Source: Candidatus Latescibacterota bacterium (lineage in GTDB: Bacteria > Latescibacterota > UBA2968 > UBA8231). From it: a stretch of 64,000 nt of DNA. Shown one piece after another: positions 9,144-17,807 of this stretch. The stretch is from assembly GCA_965203175.1 (NCBI GenBank), contig OZ241867.1, forward strand, positions 1,792,001 to 1,856,000. The letters are read 5' to 3'. A program made the position numbers and the translations under genes. Under the pieces are notes generated by a model. It was not told where the DNA came from, did not search any database, and worked only from the letters and a program-made list of their open reading frames with translations. Within the stretch, counting starts at the first letter, position 1; every line of letters begins with the position of its first letter.

Positions 9144-10007
9144 TTAGATGTGAGTTGGCCGGGTCTCGGCGGGCTGATAGTTTAGGGCTTGGGCAAATTC
9201 ATCGGGTGTTTTATATCCGAGGCTACTATGGGGTCGTTGCTGGTTGTACAGGCACCGATAGTCCTCCACGACGACGCGGGCTTCGGCGATCGAAAAGAAG
9301 ATTTCTGGCGTAAGACACTCGGCTCGAAAACGGCTATGAAAACTTTCGATGAGGCCATTTTGCCACGGGCTACCCGGCTCGATATACAGCGTCTGGATGT
9401 CGGCGGCAGCGCACCAATCCTGAATGAGTCGGGCGATAAATTCCGAGCCATTATCCGAGCGCATAAACGCCGGTGCGCCCCACGCTTCGACCAGCGCTTG
9501 AAGCGTATCCAACACGTGGTCACTGGGGATCGAACGCGCCGGGTGAATGACCAAACACTGCCGGGTATATTCATCTACGACCGTCAGCATCTTCACCGGC
9601 CGACCGTCGGTGGTTCGATCCAAAATGAAATCCCATGACCAGACATGGCCGGGATAGGCCGCCTGCACCGGAGTGCGCCGCGCCGACCGGGGGCACCGTT
9701 TCCGGCGCTCCACCGGTGGTACGCCTAACCCGGCTTGCCGCCGCACCCGCTGGACGCGTTTGCGATTGACCGTCCAACCCTCGCGGCATAAGAGCTGATG
9801 AATAAGCCGATAGCCCCAGCGCGGATGCTGTTTCGACAAGGTGATAATGCGCTGCTCCAGCCGCTGCCGCCGGTCGGTGGGGCCTTGCGGCCGATGATAA
9901 TAACTCGAGGGCGCCAGCCCGACCACAAGGCAGGCCCGCCGCGTCGAGCACATCCCCTGTTCGGCGACATAGTGGACGGCTCGTTTTTTATGCGACGGGC
10001 TTACCAT
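9144..10007 (-). CDS. IS3 transposase OrfB (DDE)
   Basis: WSWDF, VVDEYTR, RSDNGSEF, PWQNGLIESFH, YNQQRPHSSLGY. Confidence 0.93.
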   Translation of the reverse strand: MVSPSHKKRAVHYVAEQGMCSTRRACLVVGLAPSSYYHRPQGPTDRRQRLEQRIITLSKQHPRWGYRLIHQLLCREGWTVNRKRVQRVRRQAGLGVPPVERRKRCPRSARRTPVQAAYPGHVWSWDFILDRTTDGRPVKMLTVVDEYTRQCLVIHPARSIPSDHVLDTLQALVEAWGAPAFMRSDNGSEFIARLIQDWCAAADIQTLYIEPGSPWQNGLIESFHSRFRAECLTPEIFFSIAEARVVVEDYRCLYNQQRPHSSLGYKTPDEFAQALNYQPAETRPTHI

Positions 10008-10276
10008 TTTTTTGCGTTGATCGCTTGCAACACCCGATTATCCAGCATCGCTTCGGCCAGCATCTTTTTCAACTCGGCGTTTTCTTTTTCTAACGCTTTC
10101 AAGCGCTTGGCATCGGCTACATCCATACCGCCGTATTGCTTTTTCCAGCGATAGAAGGTGCCTTCGGCGATGTTATGCACGCGACAGAGTTCGGCCACCG
10201 TTTGGCCGCCATCCGCCTGCCGCAAAATGCGGATAATTTGCTCGACAGTACGAGATTTGCTCCCTTTGCGCTTCAT
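10001..10276 (-). CDS. IS3 transposase OrfA (HTH)
   Basis: EQIIRIL...TFYRWKKQYGGM...LEKENAELKKMLAE. Confidence 0.93.
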   Translation of the reverse strand: MKRKGSKSRTVEQIIRILRQADGGQTVAELCRVHNIAEGTFYRWKKQYGGMDVADAKRLKALEKENAELKKMLAEAMLDNRVLQAINAKKW

Positions 10277-10356
10277 GAGTATGCTCCTCGTTAAGAAACA
10301 AGAAAATACTCACATCCAAACCTGTCCAGGTTTAAGGGGGCAGGCCACTACGGCAC

Positions 10357-10584
10357 TTAGCCTGAAGATTCAGCTATTTCTTTTATTACGCGTTCGCGTA
10401 AGCCCAATACAGTAAGGCCGACCACTTCATTATTGACCTCATCATAGCGGACGACAACCCCTTCACCTATATCAACACCCACAGCCGGTTTGGGCGTCCC
10501 GACGGAAAGATAAAGGACATCAGCTTCTTCATCGTATTCCCAATCAATCGTATCTGGTTTGTCCAGTATTTTTAGGACTTCCAT
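10357..10584 (-). CDS. DUF2283 domain protein (putative antitoxin)
   Basis: YDEEADVLYLS...GVVVRYD...VVGLT. Confidence 0.85.
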   Translation of the reverse strand: MEVLKILDKPDTIDWEYDEEADVLYLSVGTPKPAVGVDIGEGVVVRYDEVNNEVVGLTVLGLRERVIKEIAESSG

Positions 10585-10883
10585 AAGACATTTCTCCTAT
10601 TCGATAGACGACTGGCCCAATAAGCGGTTAAAACAAAACCATCGTCCGGTTGCACTTCTCGATAAACTGCGATTAGATATTTACTCGTCAATGGCGTTTT
10701 CGCATAGAAGCGAATGGCCATGAGTGTGCCATAATCGCCTTCCTGGATCTGAGCGGGTTGGGATATGGTCTCCAAGATGCTTTCTTGGGAAGTCGCCATT
10801 TCGGGGTGTCTCCGCACAATATGCTGCCATCGCTCCTCTGTTAGGCGAATAGGGACACTATTGTGCGATCGGACGATTTTCAA
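10572..10883 (-). CDS. Putative RelE-fold/DUF4258-like toxin partner of DUF2283
   Basis: IRLTEERWQHIVRRHPEM...GFVLTAY; overlaps the DUF2283 gene. Confidence 0.65.
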   Translation of the reverse strand: MKIVRSHNSVPIRLTEERWQHIVRRHPEMATSQESILETISQPAQIQEGDYGTLMAIRFYAKTPLTSKYLIAVYREVQPDDGFVLTAYWASRLSNRRNVLWKS

Positions 10884-10971
10884 CCTTCGATATCTCCATG
10901 ATTTTCAAATTCACCGTAAGCGTCCCCTAACTTGAAACAGTTTTGTTCCATTGTCGATAACTGCTTATACT

Positions 10972-11071
10972 CGAACAATTGGTCCGGGTAATCGCCTTTA
11001 TCTGATCCGAAGGTACGTATCCGTGTAAACAGCCGCAACCTATAGTAGTATTCTACGTAACTCCTTGTAAT
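10972..11071. repeat. About 100-bp non-coding direct repeat (copy at 17698-17806), possibly a degenerate attC-like site
   Basis: cgaacaattg..cgggtaatc..ttatctga.ccgaaggtacgtatccgtgtaaacag.cgcaa...gtattctacgtaac.ccttg.aat shared; copy 2 has a short insertion. Confidence 0.9.
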
Positions 11072-11108
11072 AAATTGAGATAACACGATTCTTCTGAGGT
11101 CTGACGCG

Positions 11109-11264
11109 CCTAGCAGCGCAAATCGCTGTGTTGCCTGAACACTAACGAGACTGATCCAGAATTTTGGGAAGCTCACTTAGCGAGTGGATCGTAAAATCGG
11201 GATCGCCCGTTTCGTCATTGGGCGTGCGATCGGCGAATTTCCCATTTTGAAACCAAACCGTTGT
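11109..11264. repeat. 156-bp direct repeat (copy at 15690-15845): orphan 3' end of the HAD hydrolase gene plus downstream DNA
   Basis: About 146/156 identical by eye. Confidence 0.95.
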
Positions 11265-11279
11265 GGCTTCTTCATCTCT

Positions 11280-11834
11280 TCAGAGGCTTTTCTCCGCCCT
11301 TTGTGCCTTCAAGGCGGCAACCAAGCGGTAGGATTCAGCCAACTGCTTTCCGTCATCTTCTTTCGTTTCAAGCCTCCGACACGCCTCTTCCAACGAGAGA
11401 GCCGCGACTTCGGAGACCTGTTCAGCCCCCTTGGGATTCGTGGGTTTCCCCGAGATTTCAACCTCCCCATAAGCGAGTAGCCGATAGAATTCTGGCCAGG
11501 GCAAATGAGGTCGATATGGTTTGTCAGCGAGTGAATGACAGTGCCAGGCACCCACCAAATGGAAGGTTTTCAAGACTGCCCCTGCCTCTTCCATCAGCTC
11601 TCTTTCGATTGTATCCAAGTATCCTTCCCCCGGCTCCAGAGTTCCACCGACGATGCACCATCCATTTTCGTGTTTGACGATGACCCATTTGTCATTCACA
11701 CACGGAACAAAATTCACGTTACTGATCAACTCATCCGGTGGCGTGACATCCAGCTCCAAGACGGCGCGAGTTGGCCCCCAAGGGAGAAGCTTCTCCTCAA
11801 AGAGTTCAGGGAACAACGACTTGTCTATGTTCAC
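11280..11834 (-). CDS. NUDIX hydrolase
   Basis: GGTLEPGEGYLDTIERELMEEAG Nudix box. Confidence 0.88.
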   Translation of the reverse strand: MNIDKSLFPELFEEKLLPWGPTRAVLELDVTPPDELISNVNFVPCVNDKWVIVKHENGWCIVGGTLEPGEGYLDTIERELMEEAGAVLKTFHLVGAWHCHSLADKPYRPHLPWPEFYRLLAYGEVEISGKPTNPKGAEQVSEVAALSLEEACRRLETKEDDGKQLAESYRLVAALKAQRAEKSL

Positions 11835-12433
11835 AGTTTTGTCCGGTCTGTAAGCCCGTTTATTCTTCGCCCTGCCAATAGTCGGATTTGCTGCACAATG
11901 TCATCTATGCTGGGGGAGTATTGTCCCTCTGTTGAGACGTGAACTGTAGGCACGTTGAAATCCGGAGCTGTATAGTCGTCAGGAGGCGACAGCTCACCTG
12001 TTTCCCTGTAGATTTCAACGCGCTTATCGCCGTGGTAGAACTCCCGATTTGGATCATCCAGACCCCGCTGGAGATGGCGTTGAGCCGCCACCATCCCGTC
12101 AACAGAGCAGACGACCATGAAAGGAGTGCACAATTCAAGGATCTTGGGCATCCTCGGTTCCCAAACCCGGTGCTGAAAGGCCGCCTCAATAACGATAGAG
12201 ATCTTACCGGCGAGGTACTGATTGACTATCTCGAAGAAAAAATTGGAGACTACGCCATTGGTGTCCGGCGGAAGCTGATCGTGCTTGACGCCATGGGTAT
12301 TGACATAGCCTTCCTTGATCTCGTCGCGACTGATAACCGGCATCCACAATTGCTCGGCGAGCCTCTTGGCTAAACTCGTCTTCCCTGATCCCGGCCGGCC
12401 TGTGACGATAATGCATTTAGGTTTACTGCTCAT
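11831..12433 (-). CDS. AAA_33-like P-loop nucleotide kinase
   Basis: IIVTGRPGSGKT, ISRDEIKE, IVIEAAF; start placed at MSSKPK. Confidence 0.85.
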   Translation of the reverse strand: MSSKPKCIIVTGRPGSGKTSLAKRLAEQLWMPVISRDEIKEGYVNTHGVKHDQLPPDTNGVVSNFFFEIVNQYLAGKISIVIEAAFQHRVWEPRMPKILELCTPFMVVCSVDGMVAAQRHLQRGLDDPNREFYHGDKRVEIYRETGELSPPDDYTAPDFNVPTVHVSTEGQYSPSIDDIVQQIRLLAGRRINGLTDRTKL

Positions 12434-12495
12434 TAGGCCAAGCTCCCGAAGTGAGCGCTGCGTGAATTGCTGTGTTATCCGCCGATGAATGTTCC

Positions 12496-12969
12496 TCAAT
12501 CAATAAATGCATCGGATGAGGAATTAGGAAACGCAAGATTGCGTAGGTCGATTCCTCCCATGACAACCGATTTGAGATTTATGAGGGCAAAGGTCCACGG
12601 CGCAATGTCTAAGAGCTGGGCATCCTCTCCTTCTGACGTCTTGGGATAGGTTGCCTCTAGAGAAAAAACGACAGGATTTTCACTTTCAATAGAGTACCGG
12701 ACCTTCGCTCCTTGTACTACAGCATCCCAATCCATTTCCACGTAGTGACCTTTTTTGATCTCGAGAATTCTATGTTCCTCATCAGGCTCACTGCCCCACC
12801 AGCCGCACTGTATGGTCTTTCCTTTTTCAAAGGTGCCTGTACAGGAGGTGGGAAACCAAGTCACGTATCCTTCGCAAGTCCCAATTAAGTCCCATACGGC
12901 TTCTTTGGGGCATGAAAGTACCATTTTAAGCCTAATTGAATTGTCTACTAGGTACGGATTCTCCACCAA
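12496..12969 (-). CDS. SRPBCC/AHSA1 domain protein
   Basis: PKEAVWDLI...WFP...WTFALINLKSV...GIDLR. Confidence 0.75.
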   Translation of the reverse strand: MVENPYLVDNSIRLKMVLSCPKEAVWDLIGTCEGYVTWFPTSCTGTFEKGKTIQCGWWGSEPDEEHRILEIKKGHYVEMDWDAVVQGAKVRYSIESENPVVFSLEATYPKTSEGEDAQLLDIAPWTFALINLKSVVMGGIDLRNLAFPNSSSDAFID

Positions 12970-13117
12970 TCAATTCTCCTATAACTTAATGGGCATTCCG
13001 CCGGCTGCGAACCGTATCAAGGACCGTCGCATCTTTGCCTCCTTTCCATATCCTAAAAGATGTGGATCGATTCATATCCAAGTTTGACTCTGGCCGGCTC
13101 GGCGTAATACAGATTGC

Positions 13118-13735
13118 TCAATCGAAATCAGTTGGTAAATCTGGCGACCTCAAAAACTCGAAAAAACGGTCGATCTGAGCAGAAGTTACTCTACCTGTGG
13201 ACAGTTCAGGGATGGCATCTTGCTTGAAGAAATCGACACCATCCGTTTCATAGCTTGTAGATGGGCTTCCACCTAGGATTTCGCAGTGAAAGAAAAGCTT
13301 ATAGACGTGATACGGGTGAGGAGGGTGAGGGTGTTTGTTTCGGTCATAGCAGGCTAGTAGCTTCAGCGCTTTAGCCTGGTAGCCCGACTCCTCGAAGACT
13401 TCGCGTGCCACGGACTCGCTCGGCGACTCGTTGACATCGACCCATCCCCCAGGCAACGTCCACTTACCATCTGCTCGCTCTCTGACCAGCAGAATAGCAT
13501 CTTCGTTGAAAACGACACCCCGCACATCGACTTTGGGCGTTGCGTGGCCATGCTCACCAGCAAACAGATCCCGAATTCTTGGCAGATCTGAGTCCGTGTA
13601 ATTTTGCAGAATCTCCAACGCAAGTTCGCGTAGCTCCTCGAATCGCTCGATATCAAAGGGATCCTTGGAATACGTTAGACCATTCTGACCTATCGCCTGA
13701 AGTTTTCTTGCCCAGGTGAGCCAATTAGGTTCCAT
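13118..13735 (-). CDS. NUDIX hydrolase with N-terminal domain (YjhB-like ADP-ribose pyrophosphatase)
   Basis: WARKLQAIGQNGLTYSKDPFDIERF, TPKVDVRG, GGWVDVNESPSESVAREVFEESG. Confidence 0.92.
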   Translation of the reverse strand: MEPNWLTWARKLQAIGQNGLTYSKDPFDIERFEELRELALEILQNYTDSDLPRIRDLFAGEHGHATPKVDVRGVVFNEDAILLVRERADGKWTLPGGWVDVNESPSESVAREVFEESGYQAKALKLLACYDRNKHPHPPHPYHVYKLFFHCEILGGSPSTSYETDGVDFFKQDAIPELSTGRVTSAQIDRFFEFLRSPDLPTDFD

Positions 13736-13829
13736 AGTCGGCTAAGTACATTCCTTTATTTCCGGTTCGAATAACGTTTTCGCCGTGCCCGAGCCGCGCA
13801 GCGGTTGGGCGGATCCACTCGCGTCCACA

Positions 13830-14966
13830 CTAGTTAGCCGCGCTGATGCACATTTGAGCGATCGCTTGCGCTATCGGCTCGGTTCTGCCTATGTCCACAG
13901 CCTCAGGCCACCTATCTGCTTGGTGGCGCAACAAGGCATTGGGACTAAGCACTGAGACATAGCGAGCGCGGTGTTTGAAGATTGACGAGGCTTCGCCTGT
14001 TGGCGGATCACCTACGGGACGCTTGCGATCCAATGAAGCCCCAGCGTCCCGAAGCTCGTTCTCCGCCATCGTCGCCAAGTCAGTGTCCGAAGCCTGTAGC
14101 CAGAGACATGCACCGAATGCAGCACCGATACTCGCACCAATGTGAATCCAGGTTGAGGCCGCAATCTCCGAGTCATCCAAGGATTTCATGGCATGCTTGA
14201 GTCCGATGTGGCCCAGCTCATGCCCGGTCGTGGCAATGAACCGAACGTCCCTACGGCAGCGCGCTGACTGAAGCGCTCCGAGTGAATTGAGCCACACTGC
14301 TAGTCCGGTCCCGCGTTCTGAAGCGCACTGCCACCAACCGCTGCGGGCGGTTAGCACGACGAGAGGGGCTAGGCTTGCGTCTGAACCACGTATCCTGGCC
14401 TCGACGTTGAACGCTTGGGTCGGCGTCCTGCTGGCACTGGCCACGAAGTGTGTCTCGGCTCCGATAAGCGCTTCAATGCGCACGACAGCTTCCGGTGGCA
14501 GATGGAGTACGGGTGGCCCAAACGGACTGTCGAACGCAGGGGCATTCGGTAGTGCCATGCCTTCCTCGGCGTGCTTGCTTTGCCGCGCCACAGATATGAT
14601 AGCCACATGCTCCCCAGATTGCCGCGCCTCCATAAGAGCAGATGCAGAGTGCTCAGGGAGACGAACGCCAATTGGATGGTGTGAGCCGAGCCGCCCCATC
14701 GTCCCTGAAACTCCCTCGCTGGACGTCTGGCCACCATCGTACTGAATGGATCCTTCAAACACCTCGCCGTCGATCGCTAGCTGTCCTACCTCCTGATCAA
14801 CTCGAGCCATGTCGAAGCCGATCAGATTCGGTTCGGCACCGAAGCTCTCTATCGAACTGGCCAACCAATGAGCAGAAGCCACATCGACATCAGATCCACA
14901 GCGGTGCTCTCCTTGTGCATCGTGGTCACGAATGAACGCGGCGGTTTGATCTTGGGACGAACTCAA
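13830..14966 (-). CDS. Hypothetical protein with M28-peptidase-like fold
   Basis: HRCGS..D, SGWWQCASERGTG, TGHELGH, HIGA motifs. Confidence 0.6.
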   Translation of the reverse strand: MSSSQDQTAAFIRDHDAQGEHRCGSDVDVASAHWLASSIESFGAEPNLIGFDMARVDQEVGQLAIDGEVFEGSIQYDGGQTSSEGVSGTMGRLGSHHPIGVRLPEHSASALMEARQSGEHVAIISVARQSKHAEEGMALPNAPAFDSPFGPPVLHLPPEAVVRIEALIGAETHFVASASRTPTQAFNVEARIRGSDASLAPLVVLTARSGWWQCASERGTGLAVWLNSLGALQSARCRRDVRFIATTGHELGHIGLKHAMKSLDDSEIAASTWIHIGASIGAAFGACLWLQASDTDLATMAENELRDAGASLDRKRPVGDPPTGEASSIFKHRARYVSVLSPNALLRHQADRWPEAVDIGRTEPIAQAIAQMCISAAN

Positions 14967-15110
14967 CTATCTCTCCATTGTGCGAAATACCCCGACGTGC
15001 ATCTGAACTCGAAGACGGAATAGTTCTAAAACCGCTCGAACAGCCGCAGGGCTCTCTGAGTATTGGCCACAAATGAGCGTTACAGAGTCGTACATTTTCA
15101 TGACGGGTTC

Positions 15111-15680
15111 CTAATCATATTTGCCCAGTCCTTTCTTCCACTCTTCCACCAATAAACCAGTAATATGCTCGTGCTTTATCTCTCCATCAGCCATGCAGCG
15201 GAACGCTTTCCGTCTCATTCCTTCCACTTTGTAACCGAACTTCTCTTGCATCTTCAACGAAGACGTATTTCCTTCGAAGAAGCCGTTGTCGAGTCTCCTC
15301 AATTTGAGCTCCTCAAACGCGAATCGGATCTTCTCACCAAATGCCTCTGCTCCGTATCCGTGCCCTTGGTAGTTTGGGTTTAGCCATATACCTCCTCCGG
15401 CAGTCCCGTGTATTCTGCTGATCCTATCCAAGGCCACACCCCCAATCACTTTCTGCTCGGATTTAAGCTCGATAGCAAAATCATAGGAGTTTCTATCTTC
15501 GCCCTTTGAAACGTTATCAATACAGCGATTTATCCACTCTTCGGCATGTCGCCGGGTGTATGGATGCGGAACAAAGGCGAGCCATTTTGCGACCTCTATA
15601 TTGTTGAGGCCTTCAACAATATCGTCGATGTCGGCCTTGATCCAGTCTCTCAGTATCAAACGTTTGGTCTCTAATCTCAT
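15111..15680 (-). CDS. GNAT (RimJ/RimL-like) N-acetyltransferase
   Basis: LETKRLILR, YQGHGYGAEA, NTSSLKMQEKFGYKVEG. Confidence 0.9.
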   Translation of the reverse strand: MRLETKRLILRDWIKADIDDIVEGLNNIEVAKWLAFVPHPYTRRHAEEWINRCIDNVSKGEDRNSYDFAIELKSEQKVIGGVALDRISRIHGTAGGGIWLNPNYQGHGYGAEAFGEKIRFAFEELKLRRLDNGFFEGNTSSLKMQEKFGYKVEGMRRKAFRCMADGEIKHEHITGLLVEEWKKGLGKYD

Positions 15681-15731
15681 TTGACTCTACCTAGCAGCGC
15701 AAATCGCTGTGTTGCCTGAACACTAACGAGA

Positions 15732-16187
15732 CTAATCCAGAATTTTGGGCAACTCACTTAGCGAGTGAATCGTAAAATCGGGATCGCCCGTTTCGTCGTT
15801 GGGCACAAGATCGGCGAATTTCCCATTTTGCAACCAAACCGTTGTCGCTCCTGCTGCATTGCCCCACGCAATCCCTCGTATTATGTAGTCATCCACAACA
15901 ACCACCTCGTTGGCTTTAAGACCGACTTTTCTCAACAGGGCCTCATATTCCTTTGATTTGGCGTCGCCGCTTGCGGTGAAGACGATTTCCTCAAAGTGAT
16001 CGAGAATACCCTTCTCTCGCAATGCCTCGATGCGGTCCTCTTCCTCATCCGCAGGAGAGACAGATACGATACTGAGTCGGTACTTCTCAGCTAGCGTTCT
16101 TACGACGGGGATTGCGTCGGGGAAGAAATCGTCGGTTTCTCGATCGTATAGGGTGCGGCCATAGTCAAAGATTATCATCTTAGCCAC
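15732..16187 (-). CDS. HAD-family hydrolase
   Basis: IIFDYGRTLYD motif I, VVVDD, PDFTIHSLSEL; GTG start after GGAG; the longer track ORF is a fusion with upstream remnants. Confidence 0.85.
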   Translation of the reverse strand: MAKMIIFDYGRTLYDRETDDFFPDAIPVVRTLAEKYRLSIVSVSPADEEEDRIEALREKGILDHFEEIVFTASGDAKSKEYEALLRKVGLKANEVVVVDDYIIRGIAWGNAAGATTVWLQNGKFADLVPNDETGDPDFTIHSLSELPKILD

Positions 16188-16224
16188 GGCAAATATCTCC
16201 TTTGGTCTCTGAGCGAGCGGGAAT

Positions 16225-16337
16225 AAAACCAAATTGGTCTCTGACCGATAGGATTCCAGATACGTACCTCGGACACCAGAACCGAGATCTCCACGGCGAT
16301 ATTCTGGACGCAGATCGTCTGGATCAGCCTTCTTCAT
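16225..16337 (-). pseudogene. N-terminal remnant of a BrnA/CopG-like antitoxin
   Basis: MKKADPDDLRPEYRRGDLGSGVRGTYLESYRSETNLVL, then breaks off. Confidence 0.6.
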
Positions 16338-16350
16338 AGATCTCAGTCGT

Positions 16351-16566
16351 TCACTTAGCCCGTTTCCATTTTTGTACGGACCCATCTCGTCTGTGGATGA
16401 CGACATCCCCGCCCTCTGAGATTTTGATTGCGATTTTTTCGGCAGCGGACTTGGTACTGTAGATTTTTGAAGCTTTGGAATTCCCTTCCTTTTTCACTGC
16501 CCAACCATCTTTTCTTGATATAACATGCACTCTCTTGCAACTGGTCGCTTGTGACTTTCTTGCCAT
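16351..16566 (-). CDS. DUF2188 domain protein
   Basis: HVISRKDGWAVKKEG...VVIHRRDGSVQ. Confidence 0.85.
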   Translation of the reverse strand: MARKSQATSCKRVHVISRKDGWAVKKEGNSKASKIYSTKSAAEKIAIKISEGGDVVIHRRDGSVQKWKRAK

Positions 16567-16602
16567 GGTAGGTCTTTCTCACCCTCGTAGGTATTTATCT
16601 AA

Positions 16603-17666
16603 CTGACGTTACGCAGCTTTTGTCCCAACTTCCCATTCCTGTATCCTTTCCGCTACACTCCAGCGCCTCATATCCCTCTCCTTCCCTCTGAACCGCCGCC
16701 GTGGCACGATTCTTGCCTGTTGCGGGTACCATCCCCACCCGCAACCCAAGGCATGTCTCATGGCTGAATTCGACACCATCGCCAAACATCTCATCCACAC
16801 CTACCCCCATGACTTCGCCCGCTTCGCCCTCCACCAAGACGACGTCGAGGTACTCGACGTGATCGACACCGAACAACCCACCGTCGAAGCCCACCGCACC
16901 GACAGCCTCCTCCGCGTGCGCGTCGGCGGCGAGGAGGCTCTGGTCCATCACGAGTTTCAAACCACCGATAGTAGTCCGCCCATGCCGCAGCGCATGGCTG
17001 GCTATATCGGGCGTGCCATCGAGCAGCACGGCCTACCCACCTACTCCACCGTCATCTATCTGCGTCCCGACGCGGGCCGGAATGATCCGGGGCACTATCT
17101 CCAAGGGCGGCACGGCTTCCACGTGTTGGTGCAATACCAAGTGATTCGGCTGAGTGAACTAGACGGCCAACGTATGCTCGACGCGGAGCATTCGGGTTTG
17201 ATTCCGTTTGCGCCGTTGATGCAGCAGCCGGCGGGTGTGGATGCCGAGGCATGGCTGCGCCAGTGCGTCCACCGGGCGCAAGCCGTACCGATGGACGAGA
17301 CCCTCAAGGCGAATTACTTGGCCAATCTTGCGATCTTGAGTGGTTTGGTGTATAGATTAGAAACGGTTATGACCATCATATCGGAGGCAACCATGTACGA
17401 ATCGTCGGTAGTGCAGTATTTCACGGAAAAGGGCATCAAGCAAGGCATCGAGCAAGGAGGCCGAGAACGCGCCATTGAAGATTTGCTCGACGTGCTGGAA
17501 ATCCGCTTTGGGCTGGCCGCGTCGGATCCGTTGGCCGCTCGCATTGGGGCCATTGACGATCTGCAACGCCTCAAGCAGTTGCACAGAGCAGCCATACAAG
17601 TCCCAAGCCTCGAAGCCTTTACAGACCTATTAGATGCCGACGAGTAAGGTCGCCGCGTAACGTCAG
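16603..17666 (+). mobile_element. 1064-bp element carrying an rpn-like gene, with terminal inverted repeats and an 8-bp target duplication
   Basis: Ends CTGACGTTACGCAGC / (rc) CTGACGTTACGCGGC, 14/15 match; TTATCTAA at 16595-16602 and 17667-17674; gene is on the strand opposite to the array. Confidence 0.75.
16760..17647 (+). CDS. Rpn/YhgA-like PD-(D/E)XK nuclease family protein
   Basis: FDTIAKHL, RTDSLL, HHEFQT, MPQRMAGY, GLIPFAPLM, GIKQGIEQG repeats, LEIRFG. Confidence 0.85.
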   Translation: MAEFDTIAKHLIHTYPHDFARFALHQDDVEVLDVIDTEQPTVEAHRTDSLLRVRVGGEEALVHHEFQTTDSSPPMPQRMAGYIGRAIEQHGLPTYSTVIYLRPDAGRNDPGHYLQGRHGFHVLVQYQVIRLSELDGQRMLDAEHSGLIPFAPLMQQPAGVDAEAWLRQCVHRAQAVPMDETLKANYLANLAILSGLVYRLETVMTIISEATMYESSVVQYFTEKGIKQGIEQGGRERAIEDLLDVLEIRFGLAASDPLAARIGAIDDLQRLKQLHRAAIQVPSLEAFTDLLDADE

Positions 17667-17807
17667 TTATCTAAATCTTCTGCACACTGTTTGTACCCGA
17701 ACAATTGATTCGGGTAATCCCCTTATCTGACCCGAAGGTACGTATCCGTGTAAACAGTCGCAATCAATACCGCGAGGTTGGGGTATTCTACGTAACCCCT
17801 TGCAATC

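Larger units (their letters stand above)
9117..10347 (-). mobile_element. IS3-family insertion sequence (IS407-like), 1231 bp
   Basis: TG...CA ends with imperfect IRs (TGAGCGGCCCCCAAAGCTTGGA / TGGCCTGCCCCCTTAAACCTGGA); 4-bp target duplication CTAC at 9113-9116 and 10348-10351; A7 frameshift window at the orfA/orfB junction. Confidence 0.93.

Noticed and set aside
10880-11176. 98-aa ORF
   Set aside because: It runs across two duplicated segments and spacer DNA; probably a chance frame
12985-13087. Possible DUF5615 PIN toxin remnant (KLGYESIHI)
   Set aside because: Match is too short and needs frameshifts
15732-16406. 224-aa ORF as a novel antitoxin-HAD fusion
   Set aside because: The HAD gene has its own GGAG and GTG start at 16187; the extension is an in-frame antitoxin stub plus overlap with the DUF2188 gene
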